Shown: positions 1-12,984 of the stretch, piece by piece
How the letters are laid out: the number at the start of each line of letters is the position of its first letter
Position numbering within the stretch: position 1 is the stretch's first letter
Assembly (NCBI GenBank): GCA_964016885.1
Contig: OZ024743.1
Coordinates: 103,168,001 to 103,232,000 of the forward strand
Direction: 5' to 3'
Length of the DNA: 64,000 bases
Origin: Eledone cirrhosa
Taxonomy: Eukaryota
The notes under the pieces: generated by a model
Database searches by the model: none
What the model was told of the DNA's origin: nothing
What the model saw: the letters and a program-made list of their open reading frames with translations, nothing else
Program-made: the position numbers and the translations under genes

Positions 1-2158
1 ACAAATGACCTATTTCCCATTGAGCAGAAAGGGTGTAAACGAGGCTCATATGGCTGTAAGGATCAGCTTCTGGTTAACAAAATGATACTGGAAGATTGTC
101 ATAATAGACACAAAAATCTATCGATTGCTTGGATAGATTATAAAAAAGCATTTGATAGTTTGCCACACAGTTGGATTGAAAAATGTTTAGAGATTTTCAA
201 AATATCCCCCGTTGTCAGGAGGTTTTTGTCATTCAGTATGAAGACATGGAAAACGACACTCCTTTTGAATAGTGAAACAAAATCACTGGAAGCTAGAGAA
301 GTTAATATTAATTGTGGAATTTTTCAGGGTGAGTCTTTATCACCGCATTTATTCTGCATCGCACTTATACCATTAAGTAAAATGCTCAATGAAACAAAAC
401 ATGGATATAAAGTCTATGACAAAACCATTAATCACCTGTTCTACATGGATGACCTGAAACTATTTGCAAAAAATGATGAACAATTGCAAGGGCTATTATC
501 CACTGTGAAGCAGTTCAGTGATGACATTAAAATGGAGTTTGGACTAGATAAATGCGCCAAAGCAACGTTCACCAGAGGAAAGCTGCTGAAGAGTTCAGAC
601 ATTAATCTTGATCGGCGGAACGTGATAAGAGAACTTGATCAAGAAAAAACTTACAAATATCTAGGTGTTTGTGAAGGAGACGGAATCAAGCACTCGACAA
701 TGAGGGAAAGGATAAGGAAGGAATGTTACCGCAGAGTAAGAGCAATCTTAAGAACGGAATTGAATGCAAGGAATAGGATCGATGCCATAAACACGCTTGC
801 CATACCAGTAGTAACCTACAGTTACAATGTCATCAACTGGTCAAGCACAGAGATCCGTAGGCGCGATACAAAAATTCGAAAATTCTTAACCATGCACAGA
901 ATACATCACCCTAAGGCAGATATAGATAGAATATATCTCCCTAGGAAAGAAGGAGGACGTGGGTTAATCCAGTTAGACATTGCGTTGAAAACTGCAACAA
1001 TTGGTTTATCTACATATCTAAGGGAATCACATGATTGGATGATCAAACTCGTTTTGAAACACGAAAGCATCAAAAGATCATATTCCATTACAAAAGATGC
1101 ACAAAGATACAGTAATGGACTACAAATTTCAGAAGCCCCATTTACTGCTGAAATGGAAAACACAGAAAAAGCAAAGCAGGTAAAAGTAACTGCAAAGAAA
1201 GAACTGCTACAGAAACTGGCTAAGAAATGGCAAGAAAAGCCTCTGTATGGAAAATACCCAGAGCGAGCTAACAATCCTGATGTTGACAAAACTTTAACCC
1301 ATCAGTGGTTGGCATCCTCTTGACTGAAATCGGAGACTGAAGGACTGAAGGACTGATTATATTGGCACAAGATCAGTGTCTGCCAACAAAAAATTACCAA
1401 GCCAACATAATAAAAAATGGGTACAGCCCATTATGCCGTGTATGCAAAAAACAACCAGAGACCATTGACCATATAATTTCAATGTGCAGTCCTATAGCTC
1501 CAACCGAATACCTAAACAGGCATGACAGAGCTGCACAATACATACATTGGATAATGTGTAAGCATTTTGACCTGCCCATCAAAAGAATTGGTGGGAGCAT
1601 CAACCACCTCCCATACTTGAAAAAGATCACATCTCAATCTTGTGGAACTTTAGCATCCAAACAGACCGAAAAATAGATGCAAACAGACCTGATATAATAT
1701 TGAAAGACTTTCAAAAGAGGGTATGCCTGCTAATTGATATGTCTGTTCCAATAGACAAGAATGTATCTATAAAAACATTTGAAAAATTGAGCAAGTATAA
1801 GGACCTGGAGATAGAAATTGGAAAAATGTGGAAATTGAGAACTAAAACAATACCAGTGGTTGTAGGCGCTCTGGGAATGATACCTAAGGGGTCTAATGAT
1901 TACTTATCGCAAATCCCAGGAAACCCGCGTATAGGAGAAATACAAAAGATAGTACTAATGGGAACTGCCCATATACTAAGGAAGATTCTGTCAATATAAG
2001 TACATCACAAGTCTAAACACTAAAGATGCATGTGTGAATATGTATGTTCTTTCTTGAACATGGCGGACCTTGTTGTCTCTTGAGGTCACTGGTTGTGACT
2101 TGGTGATAACTCGTATGAACATAAAGCAAGATAAATGCAACTGTAATAATAATAATAA
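1..2158 (+). mobile_element. R4/Dong-clade non-LTR retrotransposon (RT + CCHC + restriction-like endonuclease), 3' part, inactivated
   Basis: The RT frame enters from the window edge ([34 protein letters not shown]). A stop at 1321 and an 8-bp duplication frameshift follow. Downstream are CRVC..ETIDHIISMC and RPDII..LIDMSVP..EKLSKY (RLE). The 3' UTR has a gtcac-tggtt-gtgac hairpin and a (TAA)n tail at 2144-2158. Confidence 0.93.
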
Positions 2159-2161
2159 GAA

Positions 2162-2192
<31 letters not shown>

Positions 2193-2245
2193 AAGAAGAA
2201 GAAGAAGAAGAAGAAGAAGAAGAAGAAGAAGAAGAAGAAGAAGAA
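2157..2245. repeat. (GAA)n microsatellite
   Basis: About 29 GAA units continuing from the TAA tail. Confidence 0.98.
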
Positions 2246-2248
2246 CGA

Positions 2249-2670
2249 GGTGGTAGAAGGTCATGAAATCGCTCCCGTAAGTTTTGAATTTTTAACATAT
2301 TTAAATCATTTGTGAAATAACATCTCTTAGTACAAATGCTACGTAAAGCATCCGGCTTGAGCACCAAAAAAATTCGGACCCAAAATATATTGTTATAAGG
2401 CTCAAATATTCAAATATTCAACTTTGTATTGTACATTGTATATTCAAAAAAGAAAATGGCTATAAATGGAAGAAGAGGAACCCACCCCCCTCCTCTGTCT
2501 ACACTATATAGAACAGCCAAACAACACCAATCTCACCAACACCAGAAACTAGATACACCACCTACCCCATCACCTATCTGTGTACACTAAACACAACAGC
2601 CAGATAACGGCAATTTCACCACAACCAATCTCAACATAATAATGATAATAATAAATACTATTATTATTGT
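2249..2670 (+). mobile_element. Probable 5' fragment of a Tx1/L1-type element
   Basis: Same layout as the 5' ends at 11269 and 40473: GG start, GTAAGT about 28 nt later, A-rich run before ATG (aaaagaaaATGgct, 2456), then decayed Asn/Thr-rich sequence. Confidence 0.4.
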
Positions 2671-2719
2671 CCCAAGTTTTAACAAAATGTTTAACCCCAT
2701 AGATTCACCGAACGGACAT

Positions 2720-3010
2720 TAGTAACGACAACGCCGCCCATCCATCATTACTACCACTATCCCATCACCGCCGCCACCACTCCTTCATTGCTACCACCGC
2801 TACAACACCACCATCACTACAGAATACGACCACATCACCACTACCACTGCCATCATTACTACCACTATCCCACCACCGCCGGCACCACTCATTCATTGCC
2901 ACCACCGCTACAACACCATCACTACAGTAATACGACCACATCACCACCACCACTGCCTCAGTATCGACATCACCACCACCACTGTCTCAGTAACGCTACC
3001 GCCGCTATTC
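2720..3010. repeat. (CAC/CAT/TAC) low-complexity repeat with internal duplication
   Basis: ccatcattactaccactatccca... and ctacaacaccatcactacag each occur twice. Confidence 0.85.
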
Positions 3011-3359
3011 TTTCCCATTGCTTCCTGCTAGTTGCTGCCACCACATTATAGAATTCCTACTAAAAAAGAGGAAGGCATCAAAATATATAGATAGACTCAA
3101 AAGAAAAAAGAAAAAACAAACATCAAAACCAAAGCAGCACAGCAACAACAGCAAACAAAAAAGAGAAAAACAAACAGAGAAAAACAAAAACAAAAAAAAA
3201 CGTAAAGAAAATAAGAATGAAGAGAGAAACAAGCGGACGGACAGAGAAGAGAAGGGAAAAGCTAAGTCAGACATTCGAACACAACATTACAATGAAACTT
3301 ATGCTTATTCATTTTTGGGGTTTTTTCTGCCTGTGTGTTTGTTTGTTTATTTGTGTTCG

Positions 3360-6300
3360 TCTACAGCGTGGTGATAATGCCACACAAGAGCCAAGTGGAG
3401 CGGCGCAACCACCGGAGACGGTGAATCCACAGATGGTTATGTAACTATACATTCGCCAATCCTCGATAAGAGTGTTTAAATATCGAACCTAAACAGTTCG
3501 AATAACGGTGAAATGGAGACTAGAACGACATGTGACAGACTCTCACCCAACAGGTGCTCCCTGGCTCAGCAGCAGCAACCTGGCTGTCAACTAAATACTG
3601 CTGGTGTCGGAGGAAGAAGAAAAAGGAAAGGGACCAGAACCAACTGGACGAAAGAATTGAATAGAACTGTTATGCAATGTTACCTGAAAAGTAACCCCAA
3701 GGAGAGGGGCTAAAGGAGACAGATGCATAACATCTGGAACGAGATTGGTCTATTTATATTAGATGAACAAAAATTGGCCGGGCAGGCTCGGGTAATAAGA
3801 ACTAATGGGTGGATAAGCGAGCTGGAACTGGAGGAACTGAGCAGAGAGATTAGCTTGGAGATGGAGGGTGGAGTATGCCAGGCAAACGAGCCAGTGGGAA
3901 ATGAAGGTGAAGAGGTCGAGAGAACGGAGGAACCACCCGAAGCAGACAATGATCTGAATACTGAGATAAATAATACCTGGAACACAGATACGGCCACTGA
4001 GTAGATGAATGCTGACGGGCTAGGACAAGATTCGGTTGACATCCTACATTTAGTGGTAGATGAATTGAACAATGATAGTGGGAGACCTATGAACCTAAGA
4101 TTTGTAGACAGGAAAAAGTTAAAAGAAACAACAGCTAAGGTAAACAAAGTCATCCCATACCTTGAGGCGAGGAGCCTTCACCAGTGCAACAATATCCTCA
4201 AAGCAACAGCAAATGCGGTGAGGAAATTACTTGGCATAAAAGCGAGAGGAAACAACAAACAATAAAGATCAGAACCTTGGTGGAAGAAGCGATTGAATGG
4301 TCAAATCAGGGAAATGAGAAATGACATTGGAAAGCTTGAGTCACTACTGAATGGGACACTAAAAAACATAGGCACTAAAAATAGACTGGAAATAAAGTAC
4401 AAAACTAGGGGGAAAAAGCTAAATATTATCATAGAGGAACTGAAGCAACGCATTGTAGCAAAGAGTGCAAAAATCAGGCGATACGAGAACAGAGTCAGTC
4501 AGTATAAACAGAACCGCATGTTCGACAACAACCAGAAGATGCTGTTTGGACAGCTTGAGGGGAAAGAAAGAGGCAACGACTTGATCCCTGAGGCGGAACA
4601 AACTAAAACATCTGGAGAGGAATATGGGAGCAGGATGTTAGACATAATGACCAGGCAGGGTGGATTGAGACAGTACAGAGGGAGATCGGTGTGCAGGCAC
4701 ACCAACAAACTGATTTGAGTATCACAGTTGAAACTCTTAAGGGGCAGGCCAAAAAACTAACCAATTGGAAATCACCAGGCCCAGATGGTGTGCAGGGGTA
4801 TTGGATTAAAAATTTAACATCCCTCCACCCGAAACTGACAACCATGTTCAATGACTGCTTGGTGTCAGGTGAGGTACCAGAGTGGTTGACAAAAGGTACC
4901 ACAGTTCTGATAATGAAAGACCGAATCAAGGGTAATGATGTTACCAACTATAGACCTATCACATGTCTGTCCGTAATGTGGAAACTGCTGATCAGCATTG
5001 TGTCTGAGGAAATCTACCATCACCTCCACACAAACAACCTGTTACCGGACGAACAGAAAGGATGCCGAAAGGAGTCACGTGGTACAAAGGACCAGTTACT
5101 TATTGATAAGATGGTAATGAGGAATTGCAAGAGGAAACACACTGGTCTTGCCATGGGATGGATAGATTACAGAAAGGCATTTGACATGGTGCCTCATTCT
5201 TGGATCACCAAAAGCCTGGAAATCTTCAAGGTGGCAGATAACATCAGACAGTTGCTGGGCAGGAGTATGAGGTCCTGGGAAACAGAGTTGACACCAACTG
5301 GAGAATCCTTGGGAAGCGTGAAGATCAAGAGAGGTATCTTCCAGGGAGATAGCCTGTCCCCTCTGTTGTTTGTCCTTGCCCTGATGCCCCTGACCATTAT
5401 GCTGCGAAAAGTGAGAGCAGGATACAAGTTGGGAAACGGAAAGCTTACCATCAATCACCTCCTCTTCATGGACGATCTTAAGCTCTTCGGGAAGAGTGAG
5501 AAGGAGTTGGATGTGCTTGTTGACACTGTTCGTAGTTTCAGCAGTGATATATGTATGCAGTTTGGTATTAGTAAGAGTGGAGTCATTGTGATGAGGAGGG
5601 GTAGGTTGAGCAGAAGTAACGGAATCCAGATACCAACAGGTGAGATGATAAAGGAAATTGACTCTGAGGAAGGATACAAGTATTTGGGCGTTCTGGAGGC
5701 TGATGGCATAAAGAACAAAAAAATGAAGGAATTGTTAAGAACTGAATACATTCGGAGAGTAAGGAGCGTATTGAAGTCACATCTGAACAGCAGAAATGCC
5801 ATAAGCGCAGTAAATTCCCGAGCTGTGTCTATTATTAGGTACAGTGCAGGAATTCTGAGATGGAATGTTGCTGAACAAAAGGAAATGGATAGGAAGACTA
5901 GGAAGCTATTGACTATCTACAACATGTTCCACAAGAGGAGTGATGTCGATAGATTCTACCTAAGGACATCTGAAGGTGGATGAGGTCTTATCAGCATAGA
6001 GGACTGTGTTCAGATGGAGAAAAACAACCTACACAAATACGTGACTGATAGTAAGGAGCCAATGCTCAGAACTGTACTGAAGGAGGGGACAATAAGCCAG
6101 GGGATGTCCAAGGAGGAACATCAAGGAGAAAGAGCAGCCTTCAGTGAAAATACCTTCATAGTACCTTCTTTGAGATAACTGAATTTAGAGATCCACAGAC
6201 ATGGAACTGGTTGAGAAGAGGAGACCTCAAAAAGGCTACAGAAGGAATGTTAATGGCTGCGCAGGAGCAGGCCCTCAAAACGAAGTGGTTGAAACACCAT

Positions 6301-7001
6301 ATTTACAAGGAGGAGGCTAGCCCACTGTGCAGGATCTGTGGAGAGAGAGAGGAGATTGTGGCTCACATTGTATCCGAGTGTAAACACCTAGCCCACTCCC
6401 ACTATAAGGGCTGGAGACTTGATGTGATGGGCAGGGTGATCCACTGGCACCTGTGCAAAGTAAACAATTTACCACATTCTGAGAAATGGTATGAGCATAA
6501 GCCAGAGGCGGTGATGGAGAACGATCAGGTGAAGGTGCTGTGGGATTTTAGGATACAGACGGACAAGAAGCTGGAACACAATAGACCTGACCTGGTGGTT
6601 GTGGACAAAGAAAAAAGATCGTGTCTGATTGTGGATGTGGCCTGCCCATTCGACACGAGAGTGCAAGAGAAGGAGAGGGAGAAAATTAACCGATACCAGG
6701 ACTTAAAGTAGGAGGTAAAAAGGATTTGGAACTGCCATGAAGTCAAAGTGATCCCGATTGTCATAGGCGCACTGGGGACTATCTCCAAAAGTTTCCAGGG
6801 ATGGTTAAAGAAAATCGGCCCCTTCACGCTTTTTGGAACGCTTCAAAAGGCATGCTTGCTGGGAACAGCAAGAACCCTCCGATACGTCCTGAATATCTGA
6901 GGCTGCAGGTAGTGGCTTGATATTCATTCCAACGGACTTTCCAGTTAACTAACATCAATGTCTGAGATTCAAGGAATAATAATAATAATAATAATAATAA
7001 T
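3360..7001 (+). mobile_element. Near full-length Dong (R4 clade) retrotransposon with multiple stops and frameshifts, (TAA)n tail
   Basis: N-terminal RTNWTKELNRTVMQCY...QARVIRTNGW, EPWWKKR, RT 4691-5983 (KSPGPDG, GIFQGDSLSPLLF, HLLFMDDLKL), CRIC..HIVSEC, HNRPDLVV..IVDVACP RLE, stop 6900, AAT repeats 6975-7001. The 5' boundary is approximate. Confidence 0.93.
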
Positions 7002-10000
7002 GTTTTCTTTATTAACCACAAGGGTTTACATAAAGTAGACATTAAGGACAGTACAGGACAATACAGGACGGTACAAATGGGCATTTCTGCGTGTAAAAAA
7101 AACAGAGGAGGTAATAAAATAACAAAAAAAAATTCCCCAATAGGGGGGAGATTTCCGAGGGACATTTGTGGAGAAAGCCCATTAAAAGACCACAGTGACC
7201 CTGACCACCAGGGCAAGTGCCCTCTCCCAGTTTTCCACCTTTAATTTACAGACACATACTCAGAGAAGGCCCATTCATTCGGGCCATTCTTGCTTCTCTC
7301 ACCCATCTTTCAACAAAATGCTGGGAAGAGAGCACTTCCCTCTCTACCCTGATTTTCCTTTTCAAATGAAATTTGAAAAAGTTAATCAGGGCATCACCGA
7401 AGAGGTAAGTGCTCGTCTTCAGCCCTTTCAAACGTGTCCACCATACTATCTCTTTCGCCATGGCCACCAGACAGATAAAAACTGCCTGCCCTTCCCGGCT
7501 AAAGGAAGAGGGCGGGGCAATCCTCACGATGGACTCAGCTGATAGCTGGATCCGTCCTACCCGTGACAGCAGGTGTTCGACGTAAACCCACAAGTCAGCA
7601 ATGCTCGGACACTGGACGAGTGCGTGCAGGACGGTTTCGTCGCCCTGTGTGCATCTCGGACATGCCCGTCTGACGGCACCTCCATGCCTGTAGAGTTTAT
7701 CCCGAACTGGCAAAGCTCCTCGGTAGCACTGCCAGGCCAGGGATTTCTGGAAGTTGTCCATAGGCCCCGGCCCGAAAGTCCTTCTGAAGAGATTGGCTAG
7801 TTGATTTTCGTCGACGCCTAGAGTTTCTCCAAGTACGTCGTCGCTCTTCCCCTCCACTAATCCCCTATAGAACGCCAAGGTGGAGTTTCCACCGATCACA
7901 TTGCCCGATTGGTCGAGGGCTGTGAGCGCTTGAAGACATTCCAGTCTCCAAGCGCTCCCTCTCGGTCTTCGCTTGACCCAGGACTGCAGCTTCGTCAAGG
8001 AGACGAGCTGGGGAAAAACGTGTCTAGCAAACGGCGACCACACCTGATCACCGTCGAGGAAGAGGTGGAGATGTCGTAGCCTGAGCGCGTGTCTGCGCAT
8101 CATCAGCCACGGCATGCCCAGCCCTCCACGTAGCGGGTGTTGACAGCAGATGGACCGCCTGACCATCGGAGCGCGTCCTTTCCACAAGAAGCGAAAGAGC
8201 AAACGCTCCAGCGCAGTCAGGCAGGGCTTAGGACAAGGTACGACGGTCAGGCGGTACTAGATGACGGACGCGATATACGCGTTAGCCACCTACTCTCGAC
8301 CTTTCAGGGATAGCTTCCTCTCGGCCCATTTCTGGGTGAGAGAAGCCACCCTGCTCGTCACCTTGTCCTAGTTTTTGTCCGTCTGGAGGTCTGGACCGAA
8401 CCAGACCCCTAGCAATTTAACCGGTCCGTCCGTCCAGCACCCGACGACGCTGTTGGACGGCATGGACCTGCCTCTCCAGGTGCCGAGCTGCAGGCTCACT
8501 GACTTTTCCTGGTTGATCATTGCTCCTGTCACCGCTTCGTATTCTCTTAGTGTAGTGCCGATCGCCTCGATATGTTTGGCGTTCAACACCACTACGGTGA
8601 CATCGTCTGCATATGCTGACACGGATCTTCCGCATCCTAGTTCGCGCGGGACCCCCCTCAACGTCTCCAGTTTGTGCAGTAATGGCTCGAGAGTCAATAC
8701 GTACAATAGGGACGAGAGGGGACATCCTTGGCGGACCGAGCGCATGATGTTGAACGGTTCCGAAAGGTGACCGTTCACTCTCACTACAGAGCAGATATCG
8801 CTGTGCATGACAGCGATCCAGCCTCTGAAGACGGGCCCAAAGCCAGCCGCCCTCAGGACTGCCGCTAGGTAACGATGGTCGACCCTATCGAAGGCTTCGA
8901 CTGATCTAAATTAATCAAAGACCCACCCGTGCCAGGTTCCCTAGCTACCCTCTCTACGATGTATCGCATGAGGTGGAGATTGTCGTGGATGGATCTGTCG
9001 GGAATGGCGCATGTCTGTGCCTCTCCCACCAGACCACAAACGACTTGCGCCAACCTCTTTGCTAGCACCTTGGCCAAAATCTTGAAACCTGTGTTTAGCA
9101 GAGTTATGGGCCTAAAATTATCTATGTTATCCCCCTTGTTCGGATCCTTTCTCAGCAGCGCCACCGCTCCTCGGCTCACAGAGCTGGGAATTCTCCCGTT
9201 CTGTTGCCAGTTGCAGTAGACGTCCGCCAAGAGACCTCCGAAGAAGTCTGGCATTTGTACGTAAAGTTCATAGGGCAGACCATCCAAACCAGGCGATTTA
9301 CCCCTTGTGCAGCCAGTCATTGCCTCCCGTACTTCAGCGGTTGTTATCGGCTTTCGCAACACTCCGCCTCAGTGGCGAAAGCCTCGGCAGTCCGTGGAGG
9401 TAGACACTAAAGTCCATCCCTCGATCCGGCCCGCCACTGCCCCCGAACAGTTGAGCGAAGTGTCGCTGAAAAGCTTCACACATTTGCCCGGGATCGAGTA
9501 GCATGCGCCCGTCGTGGTCCACCAAAGACCGGATCGTGGATTTGTTGCCACGACGCGCCTCCGCCAATCGGGCCCATTGAATGGACTCTATTCTAATTGC
9601 TTTTCAGAGCAAACCACCACTTGTTGTTGACGATGGCCCCCGTCAACGCCCGCTTAACTAGTTCGCTAATCCGGTCTCTGTAGGCCTTGCGCGTAAGGAC
9701 GTGTTTAGCTTCCAGTAGCCGGGTCCTCGTCTATGAAGCCTATCTAAGTCAAGCACACAGATCACGAATTTGTGTCCGTGTAGCTGACTATCTTGAATTG
9801 TGGACAGCTTATGCTAGACCTATCTATTCCCCTACAAAATACTCTACTTAGTTATGATCTGGATGACCCTATGCGATTTGTCCAAGTCCACATTGGCACA
9901 TTCGGGAAATCCAATCGGTACCTGTCAGACAGTTCAAAACGCCTGAGCAGGTTGGTGAGACTCTTGCACCCTCCTCCCCTATCCGCTAATCCCACACAGT

Positions 10001-11269
10001 CCCAGCGTGCATCTAAGATCCCGTTCCAGTCGCCCACTAACACTAAAGAGCGGGACGTTCCAAGAAAGGTCTCCAGACGCCGGAAGAAATCGGGCCGCCC
10101 TGCTCCTGTCGGGGCATAGACGGCCACTAGCCTGAAAGCTTTTCCCGTCTCCGCTGGTCAGGTCCAGCACCACCAACTTACCTTCTGGGTCCAGGAAGAT
10201 GGCCGGTATGGCGAGATCCAAACCTCTCCGAAAAAGCACAGCAACTCCTCCCCCCGATCCCGGACGGCTGGGAGATGCGTACACATCGTAGCCGCCGAAG
10301 ATCGGTGTGAAGGCCCGTGCTTCGGAGATTCTTGTCTCGCTGATGGCCACTGACTTGAACAACACCGAAATGGTGCCGTACTGTCTGCCCCTCTCTATGT
10401 ACTGGGTGTCTTCTCTGATGCACCTCAGCGCGACTTCGACATCTTCTTGTGGGATTAAAGCTGACCTTTTGGTTTGTGCTGAGATGTATCTATAATGCAC
10501 CGTTTTGCGCGCCACTGCCTCAATAGCTTCTACCGGGACAGTTAAGTTGGCCCAAGTTTGCTCTTGCTTGATGAGCTTCCATGCCTGGGCCAACTTTTCA
10601 TCTTTGTTTGAGAGGTCCATGTTGAAGCATGGCCTCTTTTTTGCTGCTGCCGCAGCGAAAGTGTTCTTCATGTTTTCGTTGGGGGTTTTGTTGTCGTTGT
10701 TCTTGGTGGTGTTGTTGTTAGCACTGTCGCTGTTATCATTGTTGTCTTTGTTGCTACCGTTGTTCTCGGTGCAGTTGGTATTGTTACTGTTGGTGTTGTC
10801 GCTATTTGTTTTCATGTTAGTGGTGTTGATATTGTTGTTGTATTTGGTACTTTTTTTTTGTTATCTGTATTTTCGTTGTCACTGTTACTGTCATTTTTTT
10901 CAAAATTAGAGTTCTCATTGGTATCATTGCTGCATTTGTTTACATTGTTTGTGGTGATGTTTGTGTTATCAATGTGTGTTAATTTTGCTGTAGCGCTCCT
11001 CTCAACTTCTACGTCGTTGTCGCACGACAGCCGACATATACCTGGGGGGCGTGGCTCAGCCATGTTTTTTTTTCTTCGTAAATTTTTTAACATGTAAAAA
11101 AAAATTCAAATATTTGGGCCAAAAGGCCCAAATATTATACTTTCCCCTTCACGGGGCAAAGTCTAAGGGTTTATATCCCTTACGCAACAAGAAATATTTA
11201 ACAAAAAATAATTTTAACAGGCAAATAAAGCGACTTACTGTGAGCGAGCAAAATACGTCCGCTTAGACC
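7002..11269 (-). mobile_element. Tx1/L1-clade non-LTR retrotransposon (ORF1 + APE-RT-CCHC ORF2), both ends present, internal deletions
   Basis: APE motifs (SETR, VYAP, GDWN), RT (KSPGLDGLP, RQGCPLS, AYADD), CPRC..ETVLHALVQC, Asn/Thr-rich ORF1 start. The minus-strand 3' end is AATAAA followed by (ATT)n, and the 5' end GG abuts an ATT tract. Confidence 0.93.
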
Positions 11270-11299
11270 AATAATAATAATAATTGTTTCTACGTTAGG

Positions 11300-11303
<4 letters not shown>
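11270..11303 (-). mobile_element. SINE 3' tail remnant with (ATT)n tail
   Basis: tgtttctacgttaggcaca matches the SINE ends at 61460 and 62951. Confidence 0.75.
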
Positions 11304-11345
<42 letters not shown>

Positions 11346-11347
<2 letters not shown>

Positions 11348-11548
11348 CGCGTGGCTGAGTGGTAAGAGGTTGCGAGTTCGAATCCTGGACTCTGCTATGC
11401 GTTATGTCCTTGAGCAAGACACTTTATTTCACGTTGCTCCTTCTACCTGGAGTTGCGACCGATAGATAGTATTAGCAATTGGAAAGACCAACGGAAACAT
11501 TGTTTCGTCAAATCGGTCCGATTTGACGAAAGTCGATCCACTCTCGAT
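11346..11548 (+). mobile_element. tRNA-derived CORE-type SINE within (TA)n
   Basis: A box tggctgagtgg, B box gttcgaatcc, CORE-like tgtccttgagcaagacacttt, hairpin-rich tail. Confidence 0.85.
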
Positions 11549-11749
11549 ATATATATATGTGTATATATATATACCTAAACACACATACACATGCAAAATC
11601 AAAAGCTAGTGACTCAGTAAGAACACAGATCGATGTTGAAGCTTTACTTTAACGTTTGGAATGAAAAATAAGGATAAATGCCAAGCTACCTTAAAGTTTC
11701 CGTAAACCAACTCGTGCTTAGGTGGAGAATAGTTTGTCAACAGAACTTT

Positions 11750-11877
11750 GGAGAGAACGCTTAATCCTATTCGTTTCGGCTCTGTGTTCTCTCAGTTCAA
11801 AGCACGTCGAGGTCAAATGTGCCTTTCATCCTTGCCAAGATCGATAAATAAAGTAACAGTCCAATACGGGGGTTAAT

Positions 11878-11878
<1 letters not shown>
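11750..11878 (+). mobile_element. Degenerate SINE fragment (gcctttcatcc...gtcgataaa family)
   Basis: Reverse-complement similarity to the SINE copies at 61.5 and 62.8-63.1 kb. Confidence 0.7.
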
Positions 11879-11883
<5 letters not shown>

Positions 11884-11915
<32 letters not shown>

Positions 11916-11977
11916 TCTCCCTCTCTCTCTCTCTCTCTCTCATTCTCTCTCTCTCTCTCTCTCTTATTCTCTCTCTA
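11884..11977. repeat. (CT)n microsatellite
   Basis: Direct reading. Confidence 0.97.
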
Positions 11978-12984
11978 GAAAAAAATGAATGCGTTCAGGC
12001 ATGCAGAGTAGATGGGCTACGTTAGGTTTAAATGACCAAAACACGTCGTCCAAAACACGACGCCCCCACGAGACAATCAAATGTTAAGAGCTCATGCGTA
12101 CATTAACCGTGCTTACAGTGAAAGACACCTTCCAATGATTCTGTGGTTCGGGATTGAACCCGGATTCGCACGTTTGCTGTGTACCTGTGATTATGTGTGG
12201 TATTGTGGTGACATTGGCGTACATGCACCAAGGTGTGGTTGTTTAAGATTAATATTGATTGTGTGTGGCTTGGATTGTGATTCATGGGTGTGAAAGCAGT
12301 TTTTATTTTATTTTATTTCATCTGGTGTTCTTTCTTCGTTATTGATATCTTAATGACGACATTTTTGCTCCAATTTTATTTTTCTTACCTATTAAAGTTG
12401 TTGTAGTCTTTGTGTAAACCGTTGGTGCGTGTGTGAGAGGGAGAGAGAGAGAGAGAGAGATAGAGAGATAGAGGGAGTGTACCTTTTATGAGAGGAACAG
12501 CAAAATAAAGAGCAGGCCATCTATAGATGAAATCAATATTTCTATATAGATCGCTACCTAGTCTAAATTACAAAATATAAAAGCATTTAACCAGTATTAG
12601 TGTTAAGGCAGACATCTCAAATATTGTTGTGGTAGATTGTACTATTTATCGTTCTGGAGTAGTTGAAATAAGTTCTAGTGAAGTACTGGGTCAACATAAC
12701 CGCATGTTCCTCTTTCCCAAATATGTGGCCGTTAAACTATGCGTTAAATTAACAATGAAGTCGAGATCTTGAAGTGGTAAATAATAGTATTCCTGTGGTG
12801 AGTATATGGATCTTTTCATTTACCTTGTCCAGTCTTCTATATTTATATTAACAGGTTTAATCTAGAGGGAATTTCGATCAATTGAGAGTATCAATATCAT
12901 TTCGATAAATAGAATTCTATGAATGTATGTATGTATGTATGTATGTATGTATGTATGTATGTATGTATATATGTATGTATGTAT

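Noticed and set aside
2013-3374. Poly-L/K/S/H ORFs
   Set aside because: They are translations of GAA and CAC low-complexity tracts.
3360-3512. HDV-like ribozyme in the Dong leader (tcctcg present)
   Set aside because: I could not assemble the P1/P2/P3 pairings. Only simple hairpins were found.
11346-11400. tRNA genes at A/B-box sites (also 23050-23125, 61550-61640, 62830-62930)
   Set aside because: There is no complete cloverleaf and the sites continue into SINE bodies.
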